From Piromyces finnis finn (Eukaryota; Fungi; Neocallimastigomycota): a stretch of 64,000 nt of DNA. The number at the start of each line of letters is the position of its first letter. The stretch's first letter is position 1. A program made the translations under genes and the position numbers. The notes under the pieces are model-generated. The model worked only from the letters and a program-made list of their open reading frames with translations, searched no databases and had not been told where the DNA came from. The stretch is from NCBI GenBank assembly GCA_002104945.1, contig MCFH01000012.1, forward strand, positions 558,001 through 622,000, read 5' to 3'. This document shows, piece by piece, positions 14,283 through 29,125 of the stretch.

Positions 14283-15701
14283 ATGTTGGAAGAATTAAAA
14301 ATTTCAGACGGAGTTAAAGTTTCGTACCATAGAGCTATTGCTATATTTATAAACTTAAATATTAGTTGTTTAGCAACTACTATGTTAAGTACAGCATTAA
14401 CAACAACTTTACCACCAATTATGAAAGAGTTTCAAATTAGTGTTAATTCTGCTCAATGGTTAACCAGTGGCTTTGAATTATTCTTATCTATTTTTACACC
14501 TATGACTGCCTATTTAATTTCAAAATTTAAAACAAAAAAATTGTACCTTTCGGCTATTACCTTTTTCATTGTGGGTTTAACTATTTGCGCTGCTTCTCAA
14601 AACTTTCCAGTAATGATGGTGGGTAGAGTAATTCAAGGTTGTGGAAATGGTTTGTTAAATGCAATGGCTCAAATTATTATACTTGCTATATTTCCAAAAG
14701 AAAAAGTAGGATTAATGAACGGAATTTATGGTATCTCCATAGGTGTATCTCCTGTAATTGCCCCTGCTATTGCAGGCATTTTAATTGATTTAGTGGGTTG
14801 GCGAGCTATATTTATTGGAGCTATCATTATCATGACAATTTCATTAATTTGGGCTTTCATTGTTTTTCAAGATGTATTACCAACTATGAGAAGAGATTTC
14901 GACTTTATCTCTTTATTCATTTGCATTTTAGCCTTTGGTGGGGTCACTTTATCTATTAGTAATTATGGTGTTTACAGTTTTACTAGTTGCCAGGTATTGA
15001 TTCCTTTAGCCATAGGATTGGCAAGTAGTTTTCTTTTTGTATGGCGTCAACTTCGTATTGATATTCCTTTCTTGGATGTTCGGGTTTTAAAAGATAAAAA
15101 TCTAGCTGTAAGTACCATTTTGACCTTTATTTTAGAATTAATCTTAATGGGAAGTATCATGTTGTGTCCAATTTATGTTCAGGAGGTTAAAAAACTATCG
15201 GCTACCATTTCAGGTTTTGTTTTAATCCCAGGAGCTTTAGCCATGGCAGCGATGAGTCCTATAGCAGGTGTAATCTATGACAAGATAGGTATTCGACACT
15301 TGGCATTAGTAGGTTCATTTATTTCTGCTGTTATAAATATTATTCTTTTCTATTTTCCTTATCATCAAAGTGTTTGGCTCATGTCAGGTCTTAATGTTTT
15401 TAAATGTGCTACCTTTGGATTACATTTAATGCCGTTCCTTTCATGGGGAATGAAAAATATTCCAATTCTTAAAGCATCGGATGCTAATGCTTTATTTATT
15501 TCTTTTCGTTGTTTGGGATGTTCACTTGGAACAGCTTTATTTGTAGCCATTTATTCAAAAGTTGCTAAACATTATGAATATCAAAAAGAATATCCAGAAA
15601 TGTATGGTATAAATGTATCCTTTTTAATTATGGGTTTATTAGCCATTTTAATGTTTTTCATTTCTTTATGGGGATGTAAATCCAATAGACATCATAAATA
15701 A
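14283..15701 (+). CDS. MFS drug:H+ antiporter DHA2 family (LmrB/EmrB-like), intronless
   Basis: 472 aa, about 14 TM. Motifs: TALTTTLPPIMKEFQISVNSAQWLTSGF, AYLISKFKTKKLY (motif A variant), GRVIQGCG (motif B), GVSPVIAPAIAG (motif C), GVIYDKIGIR. Confidence 0.9.
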   Translation: MLEELKISDGVKVSYHRAIAIFINLNISCLATTMLSTALTTTLPPIMKEFQISVNSAQWLTSGFELFLSIFTPMTAYLISKFKTKKLYLSAITFFIVGLTICAASQNFPVMMVGRVIQGCGNGLLNAMAQIIILAIFPKEKVGLMNGIYGISIGVSPVIAPAIAGILIDLVGWRAIFIGAIIIMTISLIWAFIVFQDVLPTMRRDFDFISLFICILAFGGVTLSISNYGVYSFTSCQVLIPLAIGLASSFLFVWRQLRIDIPFLDVRVLKDKNLAVSTILTFILELILMGSIMLCPIYVQEVKKLSATISGFVLIPGALAMAAMSPIAGVIYDKIGIRHLALVGSFISAVINIILFYFPYHQSVWLMSGLNVFKCATFGLHLMPFLSWGMKNIPILKASDANALFISFRCLGCSLGTALFVAIYSKVAKHYEYQKEYPEMYGINVSFLIMGLLAILMFFISLWGCKSNRHHK

Positions 15702-16323
15702 TAGAAAATCTTACCAATAATCATTAATTTAAACCCAATAAAATGATATATATCTATAGTATATAAATATAAATATTTATTTTATTTATTTATTTATAAA
15801 AAAAAAAAAAAATATGGAATAAAAATCAAGTAAAACATAAAAAGTTTTTTTATTTTTTATTTTATTTTTTTTTTTCGATTTTATTTTTTGTTTTATTAAA
15901 TATAATAATAATATAAATATTTAGGATTAAAAAGTATCATTATCCCTAAATAAATAAAAACAATAGTAGGAATAGGTGAATGTTTGTTTTAAACAATAGT
16001 TTTAAACATTAAAAAAAAAAAAAGAATTAAAATAAAATAATTTATTCTTTTCTTCTATTTTATAGGACTACTACTATAATATGTTTATATATATATATAT
16101 TTTTTTAAGATATAAAGTTTAGAGGTTTTTAGTATTAATAAAAAATAAGAGAGAGTTTAATTTTTTTTTTTTTTTTTTTTTGGTTTTTTTTGGTTTTTTT
16201 TTTTTTTTTTTTTTTTTTTTCCAACAGATTTGAGGAATCCTTAGTTCTATTTATTTGATATTTCTTATTATTTATTTTTGTTGATAATGTATTTTTCTTT
16301 TTTTTTTTTTTTTTTTTTTACTT

Positions 16324-18738
16324 TTAATAAACTTTACAGGAATATGGAATAGAACACCATTTTTTATTTTCTACACCCCATTTACTATTACCATTGGAAG
16401 TGACGGATACTACGTCACATCCTTTACAACAAGCATATTCATCACTGAAATCTGGACAATGTTGTAAATCAGTAATACCACACCATTTTCCACCTTCATA
16501 ACCCCATTCTTCACCAGTCTTTTTATCAACGTAGGTAACGGCGGTAGTACGTTTTTCACAACAATTATAACCTTGAGCTTTAGCCCAACACTCCTTATTA
16601 TTTTTAATTAAACACCATCTATCTCCTTCAAAACCCCAATTTCCAGTGCTATCGGAAGTAATGATTAGGGTATCATCAAAGATACAACAAGAGTAAGAAG
16701 TACCTAAACAACCAGTATCATGACCTTCACGTCTTATAATATCAACGGTGTAATTGGTGTATTCTGGACGACTTAATATTTCATCGGCATAGGAACAATC
16801 TAAATTATAAGCTTCACAGGCAAACTTGAAACGTTCAATGACCCAAACTTTAAGACCTAAAACAGTAGCAGAACCAGTTTGAACATCTCCTGAATATTGT
16901 TTTGCTTTAAGGGTAGTAAATTCGGTATTGGCGACGAAATCTTCATATTGATAATGATCATCTGCTTTATCACTCATTCTAACCATTCTACCTGGAAAAC
17001 GACCATTTTCTCCTACAGTACGATCTTCCTTAATGTATGGATCAATAAATTTTTTTAATTCATCAATACGTGGAAGAAGAATGTTTGGATTGAAACCTCT
17101 ACGCATGATGTCATCCATTACTGCTCTAACTTCTTCACTTTCATCATTAAGGTTAAGAAGAGTATATAATGGATTATTTTTATCAACGACTTCTTCGGAA
17201 AACTTAACTTTTGGATCAATGGTTCTGTAGGAACCGAAATCCATATCAAAATCATAAAGAAGTGGAATCCATAAATCTCTATCAGCATATTCACTATGGA
17301 ACATGTAAACTGCATTATTGTGAGTACTAGTTTTGTGATCCCAAGAACCGAATAAGTAACGAGATACTTGCCATCTAATATAAGTATTAACATCAAAGAA
17401 TTTTTCCAGGTCTTCACGAGATTTAGAGTTGTTTAATAATTCAATGAAGCGTGGCCAATCTTTATCATCTTTAATATCTTCATCATCGTTAATACAGTTG
17501 AAAAATTCACTTTTACCATAAGTTTTATCACAGGTATAGATATGTTTTGTATTCTTTTCACCAAAATTATTTTGAACCCATTGAGATTTAAAGGCATCTC
17601 TTAAAAGGAATAATCCCATAAAAGTATCGTTGATATAAAAACGAACGTAATTAGCAGAAAGAGTTGGTAAATCAACAAGAGTACATAAATCATAAACAAG
17701 TTTTTCTCTTAAAAAAGATGGATCTACAACATCAGCACGTAAACGTAATTGCTTAGCACCATATAAAAGACCACCCTTTTTAATATTAATATTATAACCT
17801 AATTTTGAATAGGCTTTGGTTGATCTACCACCAACTGAAAACTTTACTTTTGAAAATTTACTGATTTCACTATATAAATGAAGATATTAAAAAAATTTTG
17901 TTTTTTTTTTAGTATATAATTTTAAAAAGTAAATATTATTATTAATAGTTTACATATGACAATAAAAAAGGTGAAAAATATGTGTATATATTTCCTCTCC
18001 TTTTTATTTTCAAATCTATTCTATAAAATATTAATTATTTAATTGGCATAGAAATGAAATTCTTTTGAAAATAATTACCCATCAAGATCAAAAGTCATAG
18101 AAGCATCGGTTGTATTAAAATCATAGATTGGAATAGGGGCAAGTTTGTATGGAATAGACATAATTTTTTCTAAAGAAAAATCAGTATATTTTTCAACAAT
18201 ATTTTCAAATTCATCAATGGTGATATTATGAGTGTGATTTTCAAGTACATTTTTAATTAATGTAATATCACTTTTTTTTGTTACTTTGTTAATATTAATG
18301 TAACCTTTGTTGATAGCTCTTTCTAATGAATAGGTTAAATTAACCCATGGAGCTGTATAACAAACATCATTTCTTTTTAAGAAATTTGGACTGGAATCTT
18401 TTTCACATTCATAACGATAAAATAAATTTTGGTAGTCAACATCATTTAAATGAATTTTTAAGGTTGGAACTTTGAAATCCATACGTTCAAAAAGTTCAGT
18501 ACGCGTATTATTGGTATGCTTTGTAAAGAATTCATCAATTGCAAAAACTTGCTTAATAGAAACTTTTTACACAATAATAATAATAATAATAATAAATATT
18601 TAATATTTAATATCAATCTAATAAATATATAGATTTAAATACTTTTTTCTTTTTTATTAATAATAGTTAAAAATTGAATTTATACTACTTACGACATATA
18701 GTCAGTAAAGAAATTATATTTAATAATAATGCTTTCAT
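16324..18738 (-). CDS. cotH: Secreted CotH-family kinase with three C-terminal fungal dockerin (CBM10-like) domains; 3 exons
   Basis: Exons are about 18693-18738, 18078-18563 and 16324-17870. Signal peptide MKALLLNIISLLTICLSIKQVFA. CotH motifs: SVGGRST, LRLRADVVDPSFLREKL, ANYVRFYINDTFMGLF, SWDH...HNN, YDFDMDFG. Three GYxCC...WGxExxxWC dockerin repeats. Confidence 0.9.
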
Positions 18739-21700
18739 TTTTGAAATTTATTTTTGAATCTTTTTATATTGTTTACTTTTTTTTTTTTTTTTACTTTTGT
18801 TATATTATATTTTATTTTTTAATTTTAATATTTTATACTATAATAAATATCTAAAATACCCTTTTACATTCATTTAAAAAAAAAAAAATGTAAAACTTTA
18901 ATCTACTTTTTCCCCTCTTTTTTTTTTAATTTTTTTGTAATTTTTTTTAAAAAAAAAAATAAACTTTTTTTTAATTATTTATATAAAAAGTATTTTTCTA
19001 ATAAATAAATTTATTATTATAAAATTCCACATTTTCTTTTTACTTTTTTCTTAATAATTAAAGTTGGATCAGTTATTTGAAATTTCATTGGATACTCTTT
19101 TTAATACATTAAAAAACCGCAATTAAAATAATAAATATAACACAATATACTACAATATAAACGGATATATTGAATAAAATGTACAAATAGAAAATAGTTA
19201 AAAAAGAAAAAGGTATTCGTATTTATATTACATCTCCTTCATACGAACCTTTTGCTAAAACCAATAAAAGTTTTGATAAAGCAAATCATTTGAATACTTT
19301 ATCTAACCTTACGACTAAGAATATTTTTCTTGTCCTTTTTAAAATGCACTTTTTCTTATTTCTTGATATTAAATAATTATTCTTATTAATAGTGACTAAG
19401 GTCTAATTAAATATACAACATAAAAATTGAATCAATAATAAATATATAATAATAGATATTATTATATTATAAATATATAATATATACTATTATAGTAAAG
19501 CATTAAATTTTTTCTTTTAATTTAGAATAATAAACTTTATTTATTATATAATTTGAATTACAATCGATTAATCCATTCCAACTTTATTATTATTTAAATT
19601 GACATCCATAAGAAAGAATCATTTTAAAATGTATTTTAAAAAGAGGAATTAACACTGTATTAAAAGTGATAAAGGAATCAATAGGTAAAGAGAACGTCAA
19701 TTAACAAAAAAAAAAAAAAAGAATGAAAAAAGAAAATTTTAAATTTAATTTTTGTTTTATATACAAAATCTCTTTTAGTATTCTTTTAAACTTGTGTTCA
19801 TCTTTTTTACTAATAATTATAATCAATTTGTGACATTAAATTTCTTCAATTTAATCTATTAATTATATATTAATTATAGGAATAGGCATCATTTTTTTGA
19901 AAAAATAAATTGTTTTTATTTCATGCTACATTTATTTTTTTTAGTAAAAAAAATTTCTTTTATTTTATTGACATTCTTTTTTGAAAGAGAGGTTGCTTAC
20001 AACACTTTTTATTCCTGGCTAGCTAAAAATTATGGTAGGTAAAATGAGAAGATGCAAAGAATTTCTCCCATGATCCTTAATTAAACTCCTCACTTCCTTT
20101 CATAATGCTATTATAATTAATGAATAGAAATAAAAATTTATTAATATTAAAGTTTTAAATATTCATTTAAATCCTTTATTTAAAAAAGTTTATTTTTAAT
20201 AAAAAATAACTTTATTTTATAATAAATTTGTGTTTTAATAGAATAATAAAATACAATTAATTGTATGATGTATATTATAATATATTGTAATATATATACT
20301 ATATATTTATACTCAATTGTGTTATGTAAAAAATGTCAATGTTACATTTTTATATATTTTATATAGATTTTAAAACAGTATATATATTTATCTATGATAT
20401 GTATATTATAATATATGAATAAATACATATTAATATATTAAATAGTTATTAATATCAATATATTAATTATAAAAAAGAAGTTGATTTTTTCTTAATTAAA
20501 AAATTCTAAGAAAACTTACAATCACCAAAAATTTTTATATTTGAAAAAAATACAGAAAAAAAAAACAAATTGCCTCAAAAAAAAAAAAAAAAAGATAAAG
20601 TTTAATACATATACATAACTTTATGATGTTGACATAATGTATTGTATTTTAATCCCTTTTCAAGAAGAAGATGTATTAATATTTTAGTATGGTATGATGC
20701 TAATAACCGTATTTTTTTTTTCCTCTATATTGAACCTGATTGAAAATAAACTTTTACAATTTATTAATAAAACTATGGGATTATTACTAGTTATATCTTT
20801 GTAAAGGATAGATGTCTTTTATAAAATTATATCAACATTAATGGGATTGTTGCTATAGAATGTCTCTAACGCATTATTCACCAAATGTAGATAGGAAATG
20901 TTTTCGTTTAGAATATTAAAGTATTTTAAATAAGCACCTATATTAATTATGTAGTAATAAAGTACTATCCATCCCTTTACAGATATTAATAATAATGCTT
21001 TTTATTTAAAAAAAAAAAAAGAAAAAAAAACATGGAGAATAGATTAATAATGTAATTTTAGACTTATTTTTATTCTTATTATTAATCATGTTTTTTCTCT
21101 TAATACACATTATTCATGCATATTAAAAAGTATGTATAAATATTATTTTTACACTTTTTTTTTTAATTTTAATAGAAATATAAAATTCTTTTGTCACTGG
21201 AATGATATGTCATTTATATTTAATAGTATATTTTTAAAATTAGTACTATTAAAGGGTAAAATGGGATGAGGAGAGCAATTGACAACTCGGAGCATTTCTT
21301 AAGACACCAATTCTTTAATAATAGTTATTTTATAAAGTTTTATACCATCTTTTTAATATTTTCCTTTAAATGAACCTTTTTTTTTTTTTTTTGATATATT
21401 TTCCATATTGTTATATTATATATATTAGAATCATTCGTGCTATATCTAAATTTATTAACATTCATTGAGTCAGAACATCTTTTTCTAGAAATTTTAATTT
21501 TTTTTTAGAATATATTCAACACAATATTCAGCTAAAGGCGTTGTATGTGAATACCTATTAGATCCTTATGAGAAAATTTCAATAATACAGTAGGATCTAA
21601 TATTAAATGATTCATATTTATTTTTTGGTAATTTATACAAGTTTTCTCTATTAACAACATTAGTATTTATGATTATAGTATTCTAACATCTATAACTAAT

Positions 21701-23254
21701 AAATCAAAATTACATATATAGAGTTTATCTATACTTTTTTATATAAAAATATAGTTTCTTCCTTATTAGTAGTATTTAGTAGTATAATGTACATTATACA
21801 AATATAAGAATAATATGACAACCGATAAATAGCTTTACATCAATTATTATAAATATTTTTTCTTTATTTTTAAAAATAAATAGTTGTATAATATAAATAA
21901 TTTTATAAAACATAGTATACACTAATAAAAAAAAACTAGCAAAATTTAAATTTATAAATTAAACGATAATCATTATATATTAAAAGTTAGAGGATTAAAG
22001 AATTAGTACTTTATAGAAGGCTTCAGGAAGCCAAGCTTTCCTTTTTATGCTTAGCTTTTAATAGTACTAATTTATAAAGAATAAAATACTATAGGTATTT
22101 AATATAATTAAAAAGATAGATTTTTTTATAATATTAAATAAAGAAAGAATATTATTAAAAAAAAAAAAATAAAATTTTCAATTTTATAAAAAATAAGTTT
22201 TGATAATAATATACAGTATAATATAAATGAGTATAAACATTTTAACATATCTACTATTATATTTTATATTCCCTCTCTGTATTATTAAGATAATCATATA
22301 AATTTATATTCACACTTGTTTTTATGTATCATTATATGGAGCTGGTATCAGATCCTACTAATCTAAATTCATTTGATATAAAATTATCTTTTGATAAAAT
22401 TCGAAAGGAGTACAAAGTTTAATAATTCTCATGTAATGAATTTTCTATACTTTTTTGCTGAGTAAGATAAAATCATTTCTTGGACATCTGATATGAGGTA
22501 GATTCATTTACTAATAATTAAAAAAAACAGAAAGAATTAACGAATATGATACAAACAAATTTAAAGAAATAACCATTGCTATATGTATTATAATAATATA
22601 AATGGGTTTAATATCTATTGTAATCCTATAAAATAATCAAAAAGATGAAGTATAATGATATAATTTTGGAATTGAATGAATTTGAAAATTCAATTATTAA
22701 AATTTATTTTTATGATAACTATTAATAACAAGAACTAGATATATTAAAATTATATACATCATATTCTACTTGTATATAAAGTGTAGAGGTGTAGTGTTTG
22801 TTTCTTTTATGCTATTTTATTATATAAATTTTATTAATTATTAAAAGTAATTTTTAATGACTGGTCACATGTTATATGAATATATTATAATTAAACATAT
22901 ATTTATGTAATTCCCATTAATAATCATTTTAATTTGAAATATTAAAAAATGAATTATACATTTTTTTTTAAAAAAAGATGAATTTTTGTTGTTAAAAAAA
23001 TTAGAATTAACATTGTAATTTTAATTAAAATCAAAATTCCTTTTTTTTTTTTTTAAATACTTACAATAAAAAGTAATTAATAAATAATATTTATTTTTAT
23101 ATTTAACCTAATAAACCTTTTAGAGGAAATATAAATATAATAAATATAATATATTTAACTAGGCTGTGTAGTTGGGAATAAATGAAATGATTATCAATTT
23201 TATTTTATATTATTTTTTATTTTATACCCATTAATATAAGACTACTGATTATAA

Positions 23255-23327
<73 letters not shown>
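23255..23327 (+). repeat. (AAT)n microsatellite
   Basis: Directly visible trinucleotide run. Confidence 0.9.
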
Positions 23328-23330
<3 letters not shown>

Positions 23331-23336
23331 GAGAAT

Positions 23337-25366
23337 ATGAATAACAATAACAACAACAATAATAAAAGTTTACATATATACAGAATAAGTTTTATTTAAA
23401 ACGAAAAAAAATAAGGAAACATGAAATAAATTATATATATATATATATAAAAAAAGCATTTCAAATACTATGAATAATCTTTTATCTAATATTTTATTTT
23501 TTTCATATATATATATATATATAAATTACAGTGGTTGTTTTAAAAGTAAGTAGTGAAGCTGCACAAGTAGTAGAAAAGGAAATTAAAGAAGGTATTATTA
23601 CATTTAATTATAATAATTTCTTTTTTACATATTAAACTTAATATTTGTTCCTATTTTTCACATATATATATCATATAATAGAACCACAAAATGAGAAAAA
23701 TGAGCTTGGAAAAAAAGAAAAGAAATATAAACATTATATTGATAAATTAGAACAATTAGATAATGATTTTATTGCGAATAAAGAAAAGTAATAGAAGAAA
23801 TAATAAAATAAAAAATTAAAAAAAAAAAAAAAATTAATAATTTTATATTTAAAGATTTTCTTATATATAAATTATTCAATATTATATTCTCCATATTTAT
23901 ATATATAATTTTAAAATAAAATATTATTAATTAAAGAATATATGAAGAGAAATTAAATAAGTATCATGAGGAATTACATGAGCTTCAAGAAGGTTTGAAT
24001 TATTATCTTTTATAAGAAATAAAACCATACATTTATTTTTTTTTAATAAATAGTTTATTATAAATATTATATTATTATTAATAAATATGAATATTTTTTT
24101 TTAAAAGGTACTCATCCTGAATTTCTTTCAAGGATTGATAAATTAGATAAAGAACGTCAAGAAACAATTGAATATCATGAATATATTAAAAACTGTCAGA
24201 TTCATTGTACCAATTTAATATATGAAAATGAAATTAATGCTGCTATGGTTGAATATATGGTAAATTTAATATAGAATTTATAACAGAATAGAATATTTTT
24301 TTTTTTTTTTTAATTTAAAAAAAAAAAAATAGTATTTACATAGACTTACAAAATAAATACCATTTAAACTTAAAAAATATTCCTTTTTTTTTTTTTTATT
24401 ATTATTTTATATATCCTATATTTTATATATTCAATATTTTAAAATATGTATATATACTTTATCTTCTCAATATTTATATAGCAAGAAGTACAGGGTTTAA
24501 AAGAAAAAATGTTGGAAAGTATTGAAAATAAAAAAAGAAAATTGAAAGAAGAAAGTGAAAATGATATTATTCATGGTAATTGTGACATAACAACGAGAAT
24601 ATAAAGATATATATATATTCAAAAATTGATTAATAGTTTTACCATTCTCTTTAAAATAAATTTCAAATCTATTATTAAATTTTAATTTTCTATTCATTAT
24701 TTAACTTGATATTTTGTATATTAATATCCATTATACCTATCTATTTTTTTTTTATAAAAATATATATATATATTTCGTATATTCACACCTGTAACAGAAC
24801 AAACAATAGATATTCAAAAGAACCGTACTACTAGACGGACGCAAAAAACCCATGACGAAAAAAAGGAAAAACGTCGGAAGAATACGAACAATATCCTTTT
24901 ATATATACATATTAATCAATACAATTTAAATCAATAAGATAATAATTTAAAGAGACCAAAAACTAATGTAATTGAAATATTTTATATTATTCTTAACCCT
25001 TTTTTTTTTTTATTATTATTATCACGAGTTCATCAAGGTGTTCCATTTTTACTTAAAGAAAATGAAATTATGGATGATATGAATATTTTAAAAAAGGTAT
25101 ATAAAATAGAAAAGTGAATAATTTTTAATAATATTTCAATATGATTGCATATTAAAATAAAATTATTAATATAATGTAAATAATAAGGGCTCCTATATAC
25201 CACCTGCAAAGAAATCTGGAAAAGGTACTTTTATTTTATCTTATTTTTTTATTAATTAAATCTATCTGTTTGACAATTCTAATATATAAAAAAATATTTT
25301 TTTTATAAATAAATATTATTATTATTATTGATACTTATCATTAAAGGAAAAAAGAAACTCACATAA
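23337..25366 (+). CDS. Sds3/BRMS1-like Sin3-HDAC complex subunit, multi-exon
   Basis: Exons read by eye: YEEKLNKYHEELHELQE|GTHPEFLSRIDKLDKERQETIEYHEYIKNCQIH...ENEINAAMVEY|QEVQGLKEKMLESIENKKRKLKEE, which fits the Sds3-like coiled-coil pattern. Start and end are approximate. Confidence 0.7.
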
Positions 25367-26517
25367 ATAAGAATATCAGTAATCAAATCAAGTTTATCTC
25401 TTTATTTATTAATATCATAATTCAATCTGATTCTAATATTTTAAAATTTTTTTTAAAAAAAAACAATGAATGTTTTTTTTTTTTTTTTTTTTTTTTTTTC
25501 ATTTTTTTTATTTATGTTCATTTTATAATATTGTAGAAAAATGATATTATGAAAGAAAGAAAAAAAAAAAAACAATTGACATTGTATTCCATTGTTAAAT
25601 ATTTTAGATTACTTTTATATACCTATAGGATAAAAAAAAAAAGAAAAAAGAAAAGAAAATATTCATTGTTTTATATATTAATTATTATCATTCTTTTAGC
25701 CTTTAAAAGTTGAAAATGATAATACTAATACTTTCATAACAATAAATTCTATGTAAATAAAATTAAATAGTATCATACTAATAATATTCAAAAAGTGTCA
25801 AGGATATAAATGATATTTTTAGTTTACTTGTGTGCTATGTGTCACTTTTTTCTATTTAAAAAAAAATTTTTTTTAATATATTTTATATATCTTTTTTTAA
25901 TTTGAATTTTTTATTTAATTTTAAAAAACTATATAAATAGATTTTTTTTTAAAAAAAAAAAAAAATTCTGTACAACTTTTATAAATTCAAGAAATTACCA
26001 AATTATTTATTTTAAGAAAAGAAAGAAAAGAAAAAAAAAAAAAATTATATATATATAAATATATAAATAAATAATAAATAATAAAAAGATAGTATAAAGA
26101 ATATATAGTGTTATATATTTCTATCTATAGATAACAATAATAATTTATACTATTTAATAATTAAAGTTTAATCAATCATTCATCAATTTATATATATATA
26201 TATAAAATCTATTTATTAATATTACCAACTATACCATTTAAACATAAATACAACTTATAAACAATATATTGTGTTATGATTAAAATAAAATAATAAAAAA
26301 AGGTAATTTTTCTTGATTTTCAATTTAAAAGGATAATTAAATAATTAAATTTCTTATTGTATAATGAAATACTTTATTTAATTTAAATAATATTTTATCT
26401 AATATTTTATTATTTTAAACTACAAATTATACTTTTGGTCTAATACATAATATATGTAATAAATGTAATATATATTATATTTTTGAAACACTCATTTAAA
26501 AAAGAATATATATAAAA

Positions 26518-29125
26518 ATGTCTGTTTCATTATCATTACAAAATCAATTATTAAATGTAGAACAAATAAATTCTTCACCATCAAATAAACATGGAATTTC
26601 AAATGGTATTATTTCTCCTTTAAGAATATATAAATATATTAATTAATTTTTTAACTAATAAAATAAAATAATAAAAATAATAAAAAATAAAAAATCATTC
26701 ATCATATAATTCTTACATTCATTTCACCAAATTATAATTTATTCATTATAGAAATTGAAAATGAAATACGATTATTTGGTACACAACTCATACAATCTGC
26801 AGGTGTTTTATTGGAATTGTAATTATTAATAATAAAATAATATATGATGTTAGATAGAATTGGTATTATTTAATACAAAATTTATAAATGAAAATGATTA
26901 TTTTAATATATTTTTTTCCATTTTTTTTTTTAAAGACCTCAATTAGCTATAGCAACTGGTCAGGTATTATTTCAGCGTTTTTTTCATACAGCTTCATTAA
27001 AGAACTATGGAATAAGAGTAAGTGTATTTTAATATTTAAACTATTTTTATAATCTAAATATAATTTCTTTTAAAAGAAACAATGATTTATATAATAGAAA
27101 TTATTAATAATTTAAAATAATTATGTCATTTTTTTTTTTTTTAAAAAAAAAGTGTATTTGTATGGGAGCATTATTTCTTTCGGCAAAAATAGAAGAGTGT
27201 CCAAGACAAATTAAAGATGTGATAAATGTTTTTCAATGGTTAATAAAAGAATACAAAGACCAAAAATATGAATATCTCGATATTTATGATGAGGTAAAAA
27301 TATAGTTTTTGCAACAGATATATTTTTTGAAGTAAATTTAAATTTCAAGATCATTTATATATATATATTGATTTTATATCTATAAAAGAATTATATTATA
27401 CTTAAAGACGAATTAATAAATGGAGAAATGTTAATTTTAAAAAATTTGGGTTTTAACGTTCATGTTCAACATCCTTATAATTTAATGGTAACTATCTAAA
27501 TATATGAATATAGAAATTGGTTATTTTACTCAGCTAAATAGCATTCTTATTCTATATATGATAAATAATTAATATTAATCTATTATTTTAAATAATCAAT
27601 AAAAATGAAATAGATAAATTATATCAAGAGTTTAAATTTATCAGATAATATAGAATTTATTCAAAAAGCATGGTATTATTTAAATGATAGGTAAATAATT
27701 ATTAATAGTATATATCTATTTATAATATTTATAAGTTATTGGCATTTTGATTAATAATTTTAATTAAAGAAAATAGTTTCTAAACTTGTTATTACAAAAA
27801 TTAACTTTTTCTATTCTTCGATTATAAAATTTTATCCTTGTAGTTATTGTGTCAATATATATGAATGTTTTAATATTGAAACCATTGCATGTGCTATAGT
27901 GTATTTGACTGCAAGAGATTTTCATATTAAACTTCCAAGTAACCCAGGATGGTGGGAAGTTTTTGATGTTCGTTTATGTGATATTGAAATCATTATTGCT
28001 AATCTTTTATATATTTATCAATTGGAAGTTGGTGATGATCTACCTGTAACAAATAGTGAAATGGCAGATTTTCTTGTTACATTAAAAAATGGTAGAGTAA
28101 AAAAGTGTAAAAAAGTTAAAAATTTTGAATCACCATCACCATCCAAAGAATCCTCTGATCAAAGCGATACTATGGAAGTTGTAAAAGATGCAGAGGAACC
28201 TTTAAATAATACAAATAATAAGCAAGAAAATGATAATAATATTACTGTTAAACCAGTTAAAAAGTCATCAAAATGGGATTCTAAGGAACCTATACCATCC
28301 TCTGTAAATAATGAACCCTCCACTTTATCACAAAATAAAAATATTGAGATAGAAATTATTAACCAACCATTACAAAATGAAAATGAAAAAAAAGGAACGG
28401 AAGATACTAGTAATTCAGCCGTTAACACTAAAGAAGTTAAAGGTGATATAGAAAAAGAAAAGGGTAAGGAAAGAATTAAAAATCATGAAAAAAGTCGTGA
28501 AAAATCACGGGAAAGAAGTCGAGAAAGAAGCAATGAAAGAGATAGAAGAAGAAATAAGGAAAGAGATAGAAGTAGAGATAAATATAGAGATAAAGAAAAA
28601 GAAAGAGATAGAGAAAAGGAAAGAGATAGAAGTAGAGATAAATATAGAGATAAAGAAAAGGAAAGAGATAGAGACAGAAGAAGAGATAGGGACAGAGACA
28701 GAGACAGAGACAGAAGAAGAAGCTATGGCAGAGATAGAAGTAAAAGTAGGGAAAGAGAAAGAAGAAGAGAAAGAGACAGAGACAGAGATAGGGATAGGGA
28801 TAGAGAAAGGGATAGAGACAAAGAAAGAAGAAAAGAAAGTAATGAAATTGAAAGAAAAAGTGAATCTAAAAGAAGTAGAGAAACCAGCCATGAAGTTATT
28901 ATAGAAAGAGAAAGTATACGAAAAGAAAAGCGTACAAAAATTTCATCCTCCTCTTCTGATACTATTGTTGCAAAAGCAGAAACCATTAAAATTGCATCAA
29001 GTACCCAAGAACAAATAACTCAACATTCTTTAGAAAATGGACAATCTCAAGAAATAAAAATTGCTTCAAAAAATCAATCCGAAATAAAAATAGCCTCAAT
29101 ATCAATGGCCAAACACAAAGATTAA
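26518..29125 (+). CDS. CCNL1: Cyclin L (cyclin box plus C-terminal RS/RD-rich domain), multi-exon
   Basis: Exons: LQNQLLNVEQINSSPS, RLFGTQLIQSAGVLL, PQLAIATGQVLFQRFF, MGALFLSAKIEECPRQIKDVINVF, LKNLGFNVHVQHPY, AWYYLND, IACAIVYLTAR...WWEVFDV. A long RD/RS repeat tail follows. Confidence 0.9.

Noticed and set aside
28485-28986. Overlapping ORFs on both strands within cyclin L
   Set aside because: Shadow frames of the low-complexity RD/RS repeat.
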